Below are positions 52,118-64,000 of a DNA stretch of 64,000 bases, one piece after another (within the stretch, counting starts at the first letter, position 1; every line of letters begins with the position of its first letter). A program made the position numbers and the translations under genes. The notes beneath the pieces were generated by a model, which did not search any database, was not told where the DNA came from, and saw nothing but the letters and a program-made list of their open reading frames with translations. The stretch covers positions 105,896,001-105,960,000 of the forward strand of contig NC_083228.1 in NCBI RefSeq assembly GCF_032191835.1, in the 5' to 3' direction. This DNA comes from Heteronotia binoei. Taxonomy: Eukaryota.

Positions 52118-52394
52118 TGTAACAATAGTAACAATAATATTGTGCATATAGTACTCTTAAGCTTTAAAGCACTAATAGTTGCTTTTAAGAAGACATAATG
52201 TCCATGTACACTTCATGAACAGAAATCTGACATGGAAGGTTTAAAAAACACTCTAATATTTGACCAATTTTCTAAACAGGAGCTTCTACAAAATACTGTA
52301 GCTACAGATAGGCAGCCATGATATTCTGTAAACCAAAATAAACATGATATTCTATAGACCAAAATCTGAGGGATTACTAGTATTTATATCATTA

Positions 52395-52427
<33 letters not shown>

Positions 52428-54199
52428 AACTACTTTTTATTTATATCCCACCCTCCCTGCCAGGGCAGGCTCAGGGCGGCTATGTTATACACTATGTTAG
52501 ATATAACACATTGACTTCAGAGGATATGACTTCAGAGGATCTAGAAAGGTGTACTTGGGGCTGTATTATTAAACAAAGTAGTGGACTATGCTTTAGCAAG
52601 CCCCTCCATCTCAGGTCACTATTTGCATCACAAAATGCAGAAGAATAATGTTGATGTAGGTCCAGAGAATCTGGAGGTATTTGCAAACTCTGACCACCTT
52701 CCACAAGTGCCAGACAGGCAGGGTACCATGCCTAGAGGCAAAGGACCTAGAGGTATAGGATCAGGCAAATCAGTAGCCTATTTTAGACCCTGACTGTAAC
52801 TGTTCCTAAGCAATCTCATTTGGATTCTAGGGAGGGGACATGTATGCCTAGTTTGGAAAAGATGAAGAGCCCCCTTGTTACAACTCTCTTTTGTGTTACA
52901 ACCACATTGGAGAAAGATAGAGATTTTCTGTGTCACAGAAGATTTAAGACTGCATTAGCAATCATAAGATGCTTCACTACTCTCAGCACCAAGCAGAGGT
53001 TATTGTGTCTGGTATTAAATTAAGACATGTTCAACATAAGAAAATGTTGTTTTGCATAAACAGCCTTTCTAAACCTTCATTTTGCTTTGTCTTTTGGAGT
53101 GTTGCATTTTTTACCTAAGTCATGTAAAATAATCTAAAATCTTTCTGAATCTTTTAATGCATTTTTTTAAAAGCAAGGCAAGAAGCAATCTGCAGTCAGA
53201 TCCACCAGAAAATATTACCTCTGTTTTAATTGTTTTAATGATGTTTTAATGGTTTTTAAATGCAATTTTTATTATGTATGTTTTGTTAACTCTTTTGAGG
53301 GCAGAAAGACAGGATATAAATTTTGTAAATAAATAAATATTGTCATTAATTCCTTTACAAAGGAATGGATAATCAATGAAAGAAAATAAACACATATACC
53401 AAGCAATGTTGTATATGTTAACTTTGATGAAAGTCCCACTGAGGTCATTAGGGACAATCTACATGTTATTGAGGATCCATAAATGGTAAAAGCAACCACA
53501 GAATTAGGCTATGGTTCTAGCCTAATCTATATCTACACACACACACAGCTTTTTTGTAGAGAAAGCCCAGCAGGCATTCATTTGCATATTAGGCCACACA
53601 CCCTGACACCAAGCCAGCCAGAACTGCATTCAGAGCTGAATTGGCTGTACAAACTGTATCATTAAAGTAAAAGTAATGTGTTCTCTTTGCTGTCACCAAG
53701 TAGAATACCATGGAGGGAGAGAACAGAAGCAGCAGTGGCAGTGGGACCCAATGTGGAAAAAGTGGCCAGACAGTCCAGTTGCATTGCCTCATTTGGAACC
53801 ACTGTAAGCTCCTCAGAGACCCAATTTGGCATAGTTGTTAAGAGAGGTGGGCTCTAATCTGGAGAACCAGGTTTGATTCCCCTCTCCTCCACATGCAGCT
53901 GCTGGGTGACCTTGGATCAGTCCCAGTTCTCTCAGAATTGTTCTCTCAAGAGAAGCACTCTCAAAGCTCCCTCAGTCCCACCTACCTTGTGGGGTGTTTG
54001 CTGTGCGGAGAGGAAGGGAAGGAGGTTGTAAGCAGCTCTGAGATGCCAAGTGAAGGGCAGGGTATAAATCCAAACCTCCTCCTAACTTTGAAGACAGAAG
54101 GAGCAGCAGTGCCTCAGCTCCTTCTCCCCTACCCAGAGCTATCTAGCCTATTGCATTGCCCTAGCTCACCCTGCTGCTTGAGGGCATCTTAGTTATCTC

Positions 54200-55340
54200 C
54201 CTTCTTGTGCCAATGCTGTCCATCCCTCATCCATTGTATGAGGTCAGACCACTGCACACAATTAGCATTGGACTTAGCTATTTAAGTGCTAATATCATGC
54301 TACCAAACAAAGATAATCCCTTTTGTTATGTTTGGTCAATGGCATCTGTAAAGCACAACACTTATTATGTAAAAGCTACTGATTTAACATTTCCCACATA
54401 AATTCAACAATGTATAGAGGAAAATCCATGCGACTGACAACCCTTTTATTGCCAATAAGAGTGATAAGTTTTGCATCATCATCAATAGCACTTACTGGCT
54501 TTGCCACCCATGCTTAGCAGCAGGCTCTTGCTAATTTGTGTGTGTAAAGTGCCATCCTAGAGCCCTGTGGCGCAGAGTGGTAATGCTACAATACTGCAGT
54601 CAGAGCCTTCTGCTCACGATCTGAGTTCAATCCCAGCAGAAGCTGGTTCAGGTAGCCACCTCCAGGTTGACTCAGCCTTCCATCCTTCCGAGGTTGGTAA
54701 AATGAGTACCCAGTTTGCTGGGGGAAAGTGTAGATGACTGGGGAAGGCAATGGCAAGTCTGCCATGAAAATGTTGTGAAAGCAACGTCACCCCAGAGTTG
54801 AAAATGACTGATGCTTTTTAAAGTGTCATCACTCAGCAATTAACTAGAAACCTCAGTAAAGGGCTCTCAAGGTAAGTGAGAAACAGGTGGTTTGCCATTG
54901 CCTTCCTCTGCAGAGTCTTCCTTGGTAGTCTCCCTTCCAAGTACCAAGCCTGCTTAGCTTCTAAGATCTGAGAAGATCATGCAATACCATGCCACCTTCC
55001 CTCACATGTTGTAAACTGATGAAAGTGTAAATCTAACTAATCCTCCTGAAACAAAGGAACAGTATTTGCTCAAAAGCCATTCAGCATGGCTTTTCTGCTG
55101 GGATTTCTTCATGCCTTTTGAATGTTCTTTACAAACATTTTTTTTCTGGTTACTGACATCTGATACAGCTACTCAAAACAAGGTTTTAAGAGTCCCTGGG
55201 AATGCAAGCAGCATTCCAAAGGCTATAAACCAATTATATACATACTTTTAAATATGGCTTCTTATACATTAAACTGAGACCTGGTAATACAAACAGAACA
55301 AGATGAAGGAATTCTGAGGCAACAGACTGAGCCATGCTAT
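54200..55340 (-). pseudogene. V2R-like pseudogene copy 6, 7TM exon split by SINEs
   Basis: The acceptor tacttactctag is near 55340. Translations include LMYKKP (LSYEEP), FVKN (FIKN), DAKLIT (EAKLIT) and SVAWIFLYTLLNLCGK (SVWVSFVPTYLSTRGK). Confidence 0.6.
54558..54815 (+). mobile_element. Sauria SINE, near full length
   Basis: A tRNA-like head (GTGGCGCAGAGTGG; GAGTTCAATCCC) is followed by the Sauria body and a BovB-like tail. Confidence 0.85.
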
Positions 55341-57454
55341 CTAGAGTAAGTAGGTGTAGGTGGGGAGAGGCATATTTTTAATGTTCTCACTTGAGTAAGA
55401 AACAAAGCAAAAACTTCTTGCAAATAACAAATCAGACAATTTGTAATGACCCACACCACTCTCAGACCAAGACAAATTGGAAGTCACTTTTAGTGGCCCC
55501 AAAACTTACCAAAAATACTGGATGTGCAAAACTCACACACCAGACTGACAAGGTAGGACTGCCACCAAACGTCTCACCCACCACTGGAAGACCAAGTTAA
55601 ACTTCCATCTTACCAGAGTATCTTAAAGAAGAAGAAGAAGATATTGGATTTATATCCCGCCCTCCACTCCGAAGAGTCTCAGAGCGGCTCACAATCTCCT
55701 TTACCTTCCCCCCCCCCACAACAGACACCCTGTGAGGTGGGTGGGGCTGAGAGGGCTCTCACAGCAGCTGCCCTTTCAAGGACAACCTCTGCCAGAGCTA
55801 TGGCTGACCCAAGGCCATTCCAGCAGATGCAAGTGGAGGAGTGGGGAATCGAACCTGGTTCTCCCAGATAAGAGTCTGCTCACTTAACCACTACACCAAA
55901 CTGGCTCTCAACACCAAACTGGCTTAACTACAATACTTGCAGCCAAGAGTTCCCAAATTATAACAGATAGGATAGTGTTTCCTTTCAGAGGCAATGGGGT
56001 TCAGTGGTCTACCATGGCAGACAAGACAATAAAAGAAACAGTAGTTAAACATAATTACAATTTTATTTAATGAGGCAAGAAATTCAGACTAAGACTAATG
56101 AGCCAGAAAATAATAGCTACATATAATTACAGCAACAGGTTTTCAAAACAAAGTTACCAATCATAAGCAGCAGGTTCAAAGTCCACAATCCAAAGAGACC
56201 ACTGGGCCGCCAAGGTCTCTTTCAGGAAGGCCTCAGAGCATGAAGTGAAGATAAGTCACAGTTCAAAAGCCAAGCTGACACCTTCTCCCAACCCGATAAG
56301 CACACTACATTAGCTGGCCCATGATAACTAAAATGGACATCCAGGAAGAACCAGTCAGTGACCAGCCTACAATTACCAGCCAAGACTGATTCTCGCAGTA
56401 CCGCTGTGAAGGCATGTGTTAATTGGGACAGGATAAGAGATTGAATTAATTTATTTCATGGCCAAAATGAACTCTTACAAACAGGTGTTGGTGTATCATC
56501 ACTCTAAATTTACCTGCCTTAAGAACTGCTAAAGAGAGCAGGTTTCACTAAGTAGGCCAAAAGCTTTACCCTTGTCAGACTCCCCCCACCCTAAAAAAAA
56601 AAAAAAAAAAAAAAAGAAACCATTTGAAAACTGTATTCATTACACTATTAGAGGGAAATGTTTTAGCCTTAATCTTCAGCAGTTCCACTATGGGTTTTCT
56701 TCTTCCTTTTTTTCTTTTCTGGTTTGCAGACAATTATTAATGTAGACAAATTGAGAATAATATAATCTCTCTCATGCATTCTGAAGTGATACCGTTCATT
56801 CTGCCACTTCAGCACTCTGCCTCTTCATTACTACCAGATTCCACTGAATGCCTGGCCCTGGCTGAAGCCACGGAGTGGAATATGGAGAGTGATTTATATA
56901 TAGTACAAGTGGGGACCCAAAAGAAACTTGTGGTAGCAGCCATCCCATTCTCCCTACCTTTGCTTCTTCTCATCTCCCTGCACTGCTTTTAGCCTCTTTC
57001 TTTATCCTCCCACCATCCCTCCTCTTATTCTTTGTCTCTCCCCCATGCCTATTGTCACTCACTGTCTCCCTTTCTGCCTCTCTCACCTATCACTCTCTTT
57101 CTCTCTCTTTCTGTCTCCCCCATCCCATCAGTCTTTCTTTCTGCCTCAGCAGTGGTGGGGATTCTCCTGGCAAAATAGCAACTTCCCTCCCTGGAAATAC
57201 AGTGACTCTCCTAGCTCTCTGCATGCCATCAGCTCCCCCCCCCCCGCATATAGTAATGACAGCTCTCCTAGCTGCCTCCCCACCCATCATACAGCAAGGG
57301 TGGCAGCAGGTCTCCCAGACTCCCACCCAGCAGTTCCCTCCTACAACAATCGCAGAAGGTCTCCCCACTGCCTCTCTGGTATTGTCCCCCCAAGCAACAA
57401 TGATGGCTTTCTTGCCTACCTACCAACTGTTCCCCACCAATGGCAGTTTTTGAC

Positions 57455-58300
57455 GGTGCACCGCTGAGAGCAGCGCACAAGGTCAAGAGTTTGGGGGTAC
57501 TATTGGAGCCTTCCCTAACGATGGAGACTCAAATAGCAGCCACTGCTAAGTCCGCATTTTTTCATCTTAGGCAAGCGAGGCAGTTGGCTCCTTTCCTGGA
57601 GCATGACGATCTAGCAACGGTGATTCATGCAATGGTCACCTTGAGGTTGGACTACTGTAATGCCCTCTACATGGGGTTGCCCCTGTGCCGAACCCGGAAG
57701 TTGCAGTTAGTGCAGAATGCCACTGCCCGGCTGTTATTAGGGTTCCCAAGATGGGAGCACATTTGGCCGGGGCTCCGGGGTCTGCACTGGCTGCCAATAA
57801 TATACTGAGTCCAGTACAAGGTGCTGGTTATTACCTTTAAAGCCCTATATGGCCTAGGATCTGCCTACCTTAGGGACCGTCTCTCCTCACATGTTCCCCA
57901 GAGAGTACTGAGATCAGGCTCCCAAAATCTGCTTGTTATCCTCGGGCCAAAGGAGGCCCATCTGAAATCCACCAGGGAAAGGGCCTTTTCTATAATGGCT
58001 CCTTACTGGTGGAACCAGCTGCCGGAAGAGGTGAGGGCCCTGCGGGACCTTGGCCAGTTCCACAGGGCCTGTAAGACAGCCCTCTTCCGGCTGGCCTATA
58101 ACTAACTGGCATTTGGAAACTCTATAGAAGGTTGTAATGTAGTATTCTGATAGATCGCTTGTTTTATTATATTTTATTGTTTTAACTGCTGTAACTTGAT
58201 GTATTTTAAATCTAAAATTTATGTTAGATCTTATATGTTGTGAGCCACCCTGAGCCACTTCGGTGGGAAGGGCGGGATATAAATTGAAATAAACTGAAAC
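57455..58300 (+). mobile_element. 5'-truncated L2 LINE
   Basis: Translations include VKSLGVLL, RLDYCNALYMGLP, LQLVQNA and LHWLP. The 3' tail is gggcgggatataaat followed by (CTGAAA)n. Confidence 0.92.
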
Positions 58301-58849
58301 TGAAACTGAAACAGTGGCGGCTCTCCCAGACACTAACCAGCTACTCTCTCTCAGTGGGAATAGTGCTAGAGACTCCCCCGCCAGCCTGCAGCTTCACCAC
58401 CTGAGCTCATATGCAGATATTACTCATTTTTGGGACAGGGGGGTTAAATCCCCTGATGTAGTTTTTTTAGACATTTTGAGATTTTTCTGCAAACCTCAGG
58501 AATCTCCAAAGTTTTTAGAACTATCTGTTTTCTATCATGTGGGTCCAGTTAGTAGATTAAAGTATCCATAGATTGGGTCACACTGGATTATTAGAATATA
58601 AGATTATCATGCCCTGTTTAATTGATTTGCTGTCATAGAATTAAATATCACAGTTGTTTCAGTCTCACTGATTTTGTTGTTTATTTATCTAAGTATATCC
58701 AGGGCTTTTTTTTTAAACAAGAATGCACGGGAATGCAGTGCCAGCTGGTTTGGAGTAAGGGGTGTGGCTTAATATGCAAATGAGTTCCTGCTGGGCTTTT
58801 TCTCCCCCCCCCCCGCCCAAAAAAAGCCCTGTTTATATCCCATTTTTAT

Positions 58850-60090
58850 CTTGGAAGGGACCAACAGGGGGTTATGTTGTAAGAACAACAAAACAAAATC
58901 AAAGTGAACCAAAATGAACAAACATTGGGCAGGTTTAAATTCAGTTATTGCTTCATCTTGTGTCTCTGGCTGCACTTAACTTTATAGAACCTGCAAGAAG
59001 GAAACACATTTAGTCCAGACCAAACCCAGCTGCTATGAGTTTGCTGGCAGCAAAATCCTTCTCACTTTCCCCCGCTCTGTTGGGAGGTCCTGCCATAATT
59101 CCTGTTTCATATTCTACTTCTAATCTCTGACTGCACTGCTCAAAGGATTGAAAGGCTAGGAAAATGTAAGAGTTCAAAATTTCAGTCACTTGTATCATAA
59201 AAGTATATTATATCTCTCATCATTTTTCAGAGCTTTTTTAAATGACACACTAGCTTGTAAAATGACATTTCCTGAATCTTTTCTTTGTTTAAAAATATAT
59301 CTGGATTTATTTTAATGACTCTGAATGGTCGTCACTGAGTGCCTTCTTTCTATAACCAATTGAAGTAAAGGCACTTACTAATATAAAAGCAGTATAAATG
59401 AAATCAGAACCAGGTTTTCTACCTGTACAATGGATAGGATACCAATATGCTATATTAGCTGTGATATTTTAGACTGTGCTATGATATTACCTTACCTAGC
59501 TCCATCTGGATACAATTTAGGGCTTTATAGAAAAGATCTGAATAACAGCAGAGTTTCTTGAAGAGACTAATAAAGGTAATCATACATAAGTGGCACAGAT
59601 GACAAAGTTAATACTCTGGACACGATTTAATTTAAGATATTTAATGTAAAGACAAATTCCAACTGCAAAGATCCAATTCTGAAAATTTATAATTTTCCTA
59701 CCTTCATGCTCTTTCTTGGGGAAGTCCAAAAATAGGCTCGGTGGCCTAAAAGTTTGACAAAAGCAACAAAAGCAAAGTTTGACAAAAGTATGACAAAAAC
59801 CTGCTATCCAGTTTCTTGTTGCAATTTGATGACAAGGTGAGAAGCCTAGTAGGGATGCTTGAGTATCTGCCAGGTGATTTCATGTCCTGTGCTACCAGTC
59901 ATAAATGAGGAGCTGATTTTTCAGTGATCAGTTCAACTTTCAGGTTATTTATTATTATGCTACATAACCAATAAAAACAATTTAAGGAGCCAATCCATTC
60001 AAATCTGATGTACAAAGTACTCACACATTTAGGCATGGTTGTTACAGTAGCATAAAAATATTTGGAAAAGAGAGCTTTGCAAAATTTAAA
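58850..60090 (-). pseudogene. V2R-like pseudogene copy 6, exons 3-4 and probable exon 5
   Basis: Translations include FYATV...RFEWIGSL (FYRTV...FRWTWIGLL), NLKVELI (TLKAELI), QVFVI (NVFVI), GKL*I (GKVWI), FRSFL*SPKLYPD, CTG, IYTAF (IYNAV), FRKCHFT (LRKVHFT) and ILNSYIFLAFQSF (ILNWVTFPNQSF). The acceptor ttccttcttgcag is at 58991. Confidence 0.72.
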
Positions 60091-60204
60091 AATATACAAA
60101 AATGGTCAACTTTGAAGTCCCTCCTTTACAGAATCATCACAAATTCACCTTGGCAGCCACCAGAAATCTGGTACAATCATATGTAAATTGGGGATTAGAG
60201 TCTG

Positions 60205-60529
60205 TGTTGTGTATGTGGACTTATGTTTGGTATTACTAGTGTTCCTGCCTGGCTCATTGGAGCTTCGAGGACTGAGCTTGGGGACTCAGGAACAATGGGC
60301 AGTAGGATCCAAATCCCCGCTGCCCTGTTCCTATCACAGGTCCCCTGCTGGTTTGAATGGTTCAATGGCGTCCTAGCGCGAGAACCTTGAACTGTACATA
60401 CCGTAGTTGGCCCCACTGGCCCAGTTTAGCAGTCTTATATAGCCACTAGTTACCATGCTGTAACCCAATAAAGAAAGCTATGATCACTGCAACCTCGTCT
60501 CTTCCATGCGTTGAACCCACTATATTATA
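60205..60529 (+). mobile_element. Probable solo LTR
   Basis: It starts TGTTG and has a TATA-like ttatatag, then AATAAA, then a U5-like end. The TSD is imperfect. Confidence 0.5.
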
Positions 60530-60815
60530 CTGCTAATAATATATTTCTAGTTTTGGAGTCCAAAATACCCCGGCATCTCTCTAGCAAAGGATGAATATAC
60601 TTGGCATGTATACTTTTGTACAGGCCACACTCAAGCAAAACACAATCAATCATTTCCAATTTATCTGTACAACAAGGGCAAACCCGCTCTACCATTGGCA
60701 CCTTTCTATAATGGCTTTCTATGACTGTAGATAGAAAAATATTGCATCGGGCCATAGAAAAGGCCCTTCTGTGAGTTGGTATTACTAAATTTGAAAGGTA
60801 AGAGGCTGGAATCAC
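60530..60815 (-). mobile_element. LINE C-terminal zinc-binding fragment (CR1/L2 group)
   Basis: Translation RRAFSMARCN...ERVCPCC...CVLLECGLY resembles the cysteine-rich C-terminus of non-LTR ORF2 proteins. Confidence 0.6.
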
Positions 60816-61815
60816 CACATATCTCCTATCTGCCAGGTGGTTTCATGTCCTTTTTACCAGTCATAAATGCGGAACTGACTTTTCAATGATCCGTTCAACT
60901 TTCAACTTGTTTGTTGATATATTCATGGCTTTTTTGCATGCTCCTTTATTGCATTCCTTCCTAACATTATAACATAATCGCCTTTTTGTAAATGTATATT
61001 CCCATGCAGCCTGATTGAGTTCTATACCCTACCCCTTGCTGCATGACTACTCTGCTCAGGAAGCAATTATTTTAACAGACAATTAAATTAGTTACAAATC
61101 ATATAAATCAGTTGTGCTTTAATAAAATCTTACCCTTTGGTGTTCAGCTAAGAAGTCCCTAATGGCAGTAATGGCTCCTGATTGGTTTAAAGCTGTAATG
61201 TGAACACACATGCAGATACTTTATACTGAATCAGACCATCAGATCATTCAAGGTCAGTATTGTCTACTCAGAGTCAGTATTGTCTATACTGCTCTCCAAG
61301 GTCTCAGGTACAGGTCGATTACATCACCTACTGCCTGGACCTTTTTTAATTGGATGTGCTGGGGATTGAACCTGGGACCCTCTGCATACAAAGCAGAGGC
61401 TCTTTCATGGAGCGACAGCATGCACTGCAACAAAATTCATTGCATCCCTAATGCCTATCCCTGAACTAGAATAGCTTCCAAAGCTATTCAGGCAGTCAGG
61501 CAGGCAGTCAAACATGAACTACTCTAGTCTTTATCAGTTTGCCCTGAATTTGAGATACCTTTTAAATCTAACCTTAACCTGTCCTTTGCAGACTAAAGTG
61601 GCACAGTCCATTTTACATCCACAGTGCTCTGCCACATCATTATAACTTCATTCTTCTACAAACCTATAACTAATTTTTTAAAAGGTATTCCTTGGCATCT
61701 CTTCTTCTTCTTCGCAAACCAGATAACATAAATACAAATAACATAAATATGAGCTCTCACCAAATCCTCCTAAAATCCACTTTTTCTGAAATCTGTAGTT
61801 TTACTATAGAAACTA

Positions 61816-61880
61816 ACAGTGCAATCCTAAGGAGAGTTATTGGGCTTAGACTGGAGTAACTCTCCTTAGGATTGCACTGT
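61816..61880. repeat. Perfect 24-bp inverted repeat (MITE-like dispersed palindrome)
   Basis: The arm acagtgcaatcctaaggagagtta pairs with taactctccttaggattgcactgt. Looser relatives lie at about 23805-23870, 37740-37815 and 43328-43400. Confidence 0.85.
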
Positions 61881-62029
61881 AAATCTACCCTTAGGGTATA
61901 ACTCTACCCACTATAGTCCATACCATATTGAAGTTTAGACAACAGAATGGTGGATTATCAGGGCAAAGACTTGTCTTCTTTTATGTTGTTCTGTACAATG
62001 GCATGTAACTGGTGATGCATTAAGAATTA

Positions 62030-63480
62030 CAACTATCATAAAAGAATGAAATCAATTGGTAAGATGCTCACAGTGTGGGTGGTGGTCAGAATTTTTATTA
62101 CAACTATGCTGTGGAGGTTGTTGATGGAGGGTTGGTTAGCAGCAGCAGGCATTTTGAAATCCTTTTCAAGTAAAACCAGATTCCAGGAAATCTGTGCCCA
62201 GCTCAAAAACACTATGAGCATTTAGAACATGGGTAATGTTCTTTTCAAGTTCCCCATGCCCCAACATTTATCAGCTTCACCAATTGAGAAGTATCAACAC
62301 ATTCCCAGACATGAACACATGAAAATGCCTTATCCTGAATCAGACCTCTGGTTCATCAAAGTCAGTATGGTCTACTCAGACTGTCACCAGCTCTCCAGGA
62401 CTTCAGGCAGAGGTCTTTCACATCACCTACTGCTAGACCTTTTAGCTGAAGATAACAAGGATTGAACCTGAACCTTCTCTATGCCAAGCAGATGCTCCAT
62501 CACTGAGCTACAGCCCCCCCTCCCCACCAATAGACATGTTCAATGTCTACTGTCATGATAAGAAATAATTTCTGGAGATGCATGGCATGCACAAGTGACT
62601 TTCTCCATGAACCTAGTGGGGTGTATCAACAGATTGAATTTGCACTTAGAACCTCCAGCTTTTATGACAAAATGCAGAAGATATGCAAGTTTCTCCTTCC
62701 CCCTCACCCATGAACCAACAACACACAACCAGTTCCAGAAACCAACTCAAAGATTAAAAGGGGAAAAAAGCGCCAGCAACTGCTTTCTGAATTCATCAGA
62801 TCCTGACATTCCTGCAAATTAAAGCAAACACCATCTAGGTGACGACAAATAGATTAATTGTCCAACCTGATCCACAGAACCCATTCAAGCATAAAGCCAA
62901 ATTATTCAAAGGCTGATAATAAAATTGAACAGACCTGGAGCACAATCTTGTCAAAATAAAACCTACCTTGAAATGAAAAGGATCATAAATCAAAATCACA
63001 AGGATGTTCTGGCAAAAGGTGAAAAGCAGGTGTAATGCCACACTTCACTAATATAGCACCAAGCACACATCTCATAACATGCTCTCATGTTAAGAGCATG
63101 TCTGAAATATATAGACAACTTTCAAATAGAACTCCTCAGGGTCTTTTGTAGAACTTAAACCAAAATGTTAGGCCCTGAACAATGATGGGGGAGGAGAGCC
63201 ATTAAAAGAGCCACTTTTTTCTATTTTCTACTCATGCAATCTGTGAGCTGAAGAGGTGAGAGAAATGAGTTTATTTTATTCTTCCCCATCACTGCAAACT
63301 CCCACCCATCCTGTGGTGCATTTTGTTTAAGAAGCTGCCTGAATTCTCAGAGAAGCGTTTCAAGAGAAATAGAAGAGTGTTGATAAAGAGAAGGCTGAGG
63401 ACTCAACTGACAACTTATGTGAACTTTCCCAGCCTTGTATCTATAAGACAAAAAAGTGGGGGAGGGGTTCCTTTTTCAAA
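62030..63480 (-). pseudogene. V2R-like pseudogene copy 6, exons 1-2 and start of exon 3
   Basis: The acceptor tatttcag is near 63104. Translations include EHV...GAI (QHV..FAI), HLLP/NILVILIYD (HLLPNITLGFHIYD) and WAQISW (IPQISY). A Squam3-like SINE interrupts it. Confidence 0.62.
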
Positions 63481-63699
63481 ATCCATCTTATTTACTACTG
63501 GAACAGAATAAAGTTAAGTCCAGTAGCAGCTTTAAGACCAACAAAGTTATTCTTCACTTGCTATGGAACAAATGTGACTGCAGGGACTGTCCTAACAATG
63601 CCTACTTTTGTCTCATCTATTTGACACTAGTTATAAGAATTCTAAAATAAACAGGTTGTGCTAGATTACATTTCCCTTTTAATTATTCTTGTCTAAATG

Positions 63700-64000
63700 T
63701 GTTGTTTTTCATTTTCTTCACAGAATAAACAAGTTTCAAAAAGCCAGAAGGACAGCAGAAAACCACAATAATTATAAAGAAGAACAGTAAAGGTCAAAGT
63801 TGGATTTGGTCAAAGTATTTTTCTATGGTGTGTCAGTCTCTCTTTGCACACTGTCTGTTTGTTTATCTTTCTGAAAGTCCCAGAGTCCCTTTTTAGACTC
63901 TGGAAACCACAGAGGCATCACAAAAAGAAATAAGCAACAACATGCAGTTGGAAGTTTAAAGCTTAAAATTAAATAGAAGCGTCTTTTCAATCTTTAGTTT
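63700..64000 (-). pseudogene. Possible 7TM remnant of a seventh V2R copy
   Basis: Translation YCSSL*LLWFSAV...LAF*NL resembles YCVLGYMGFLAVV...VAFLARKL. The match is short and weak. Confidence 0.35.

Noticed and set aside
57045-57486. Overlapping ORFs of 130-140 aa upstream of the L2
   Set aside because: This is CT-rich low-complexity sequence with no homology signal I can support.

Overview
This is vertebrate nuclear DNA from a squamate reptile, most likely a gecko (inferred from its SINE and MITE families). It has one assembly gap at 10579-10732. I found no intact host protein-coding gene. Hand-translating the minus strand shows that most of the non-repeat sequence is a head-to-tail array of about 6, possibly 7, heavily decayed vomeronasal type-2 receptor (V2R, class C GPCR) pseudogenes, spaced roughly 6-15 kb apart and all broken by stops, frameshifts and transposon insertions. 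Several copies seem to lack the introns between canonical V2R exons 2/3 and 3/4. The array is filled with repeats: CR1 LINEs (one with about 2.6 kb of ORF2), L2 and RTE fragments, and an L1-clade element with an intact ORF1, a two-monomer 5' UTR and a deleted RT. There are also tRNA- and 5S-derived SINEs, solo LTRs with 5-bp target-site duplications (TSDs), hAT-type elements and MITEs, and two short near-identical local duplications. All protein-family calls come from manual comparison with remembered family motifs, not from database searches. V2R exon boundaries are approximate unless splice sites are quoted.
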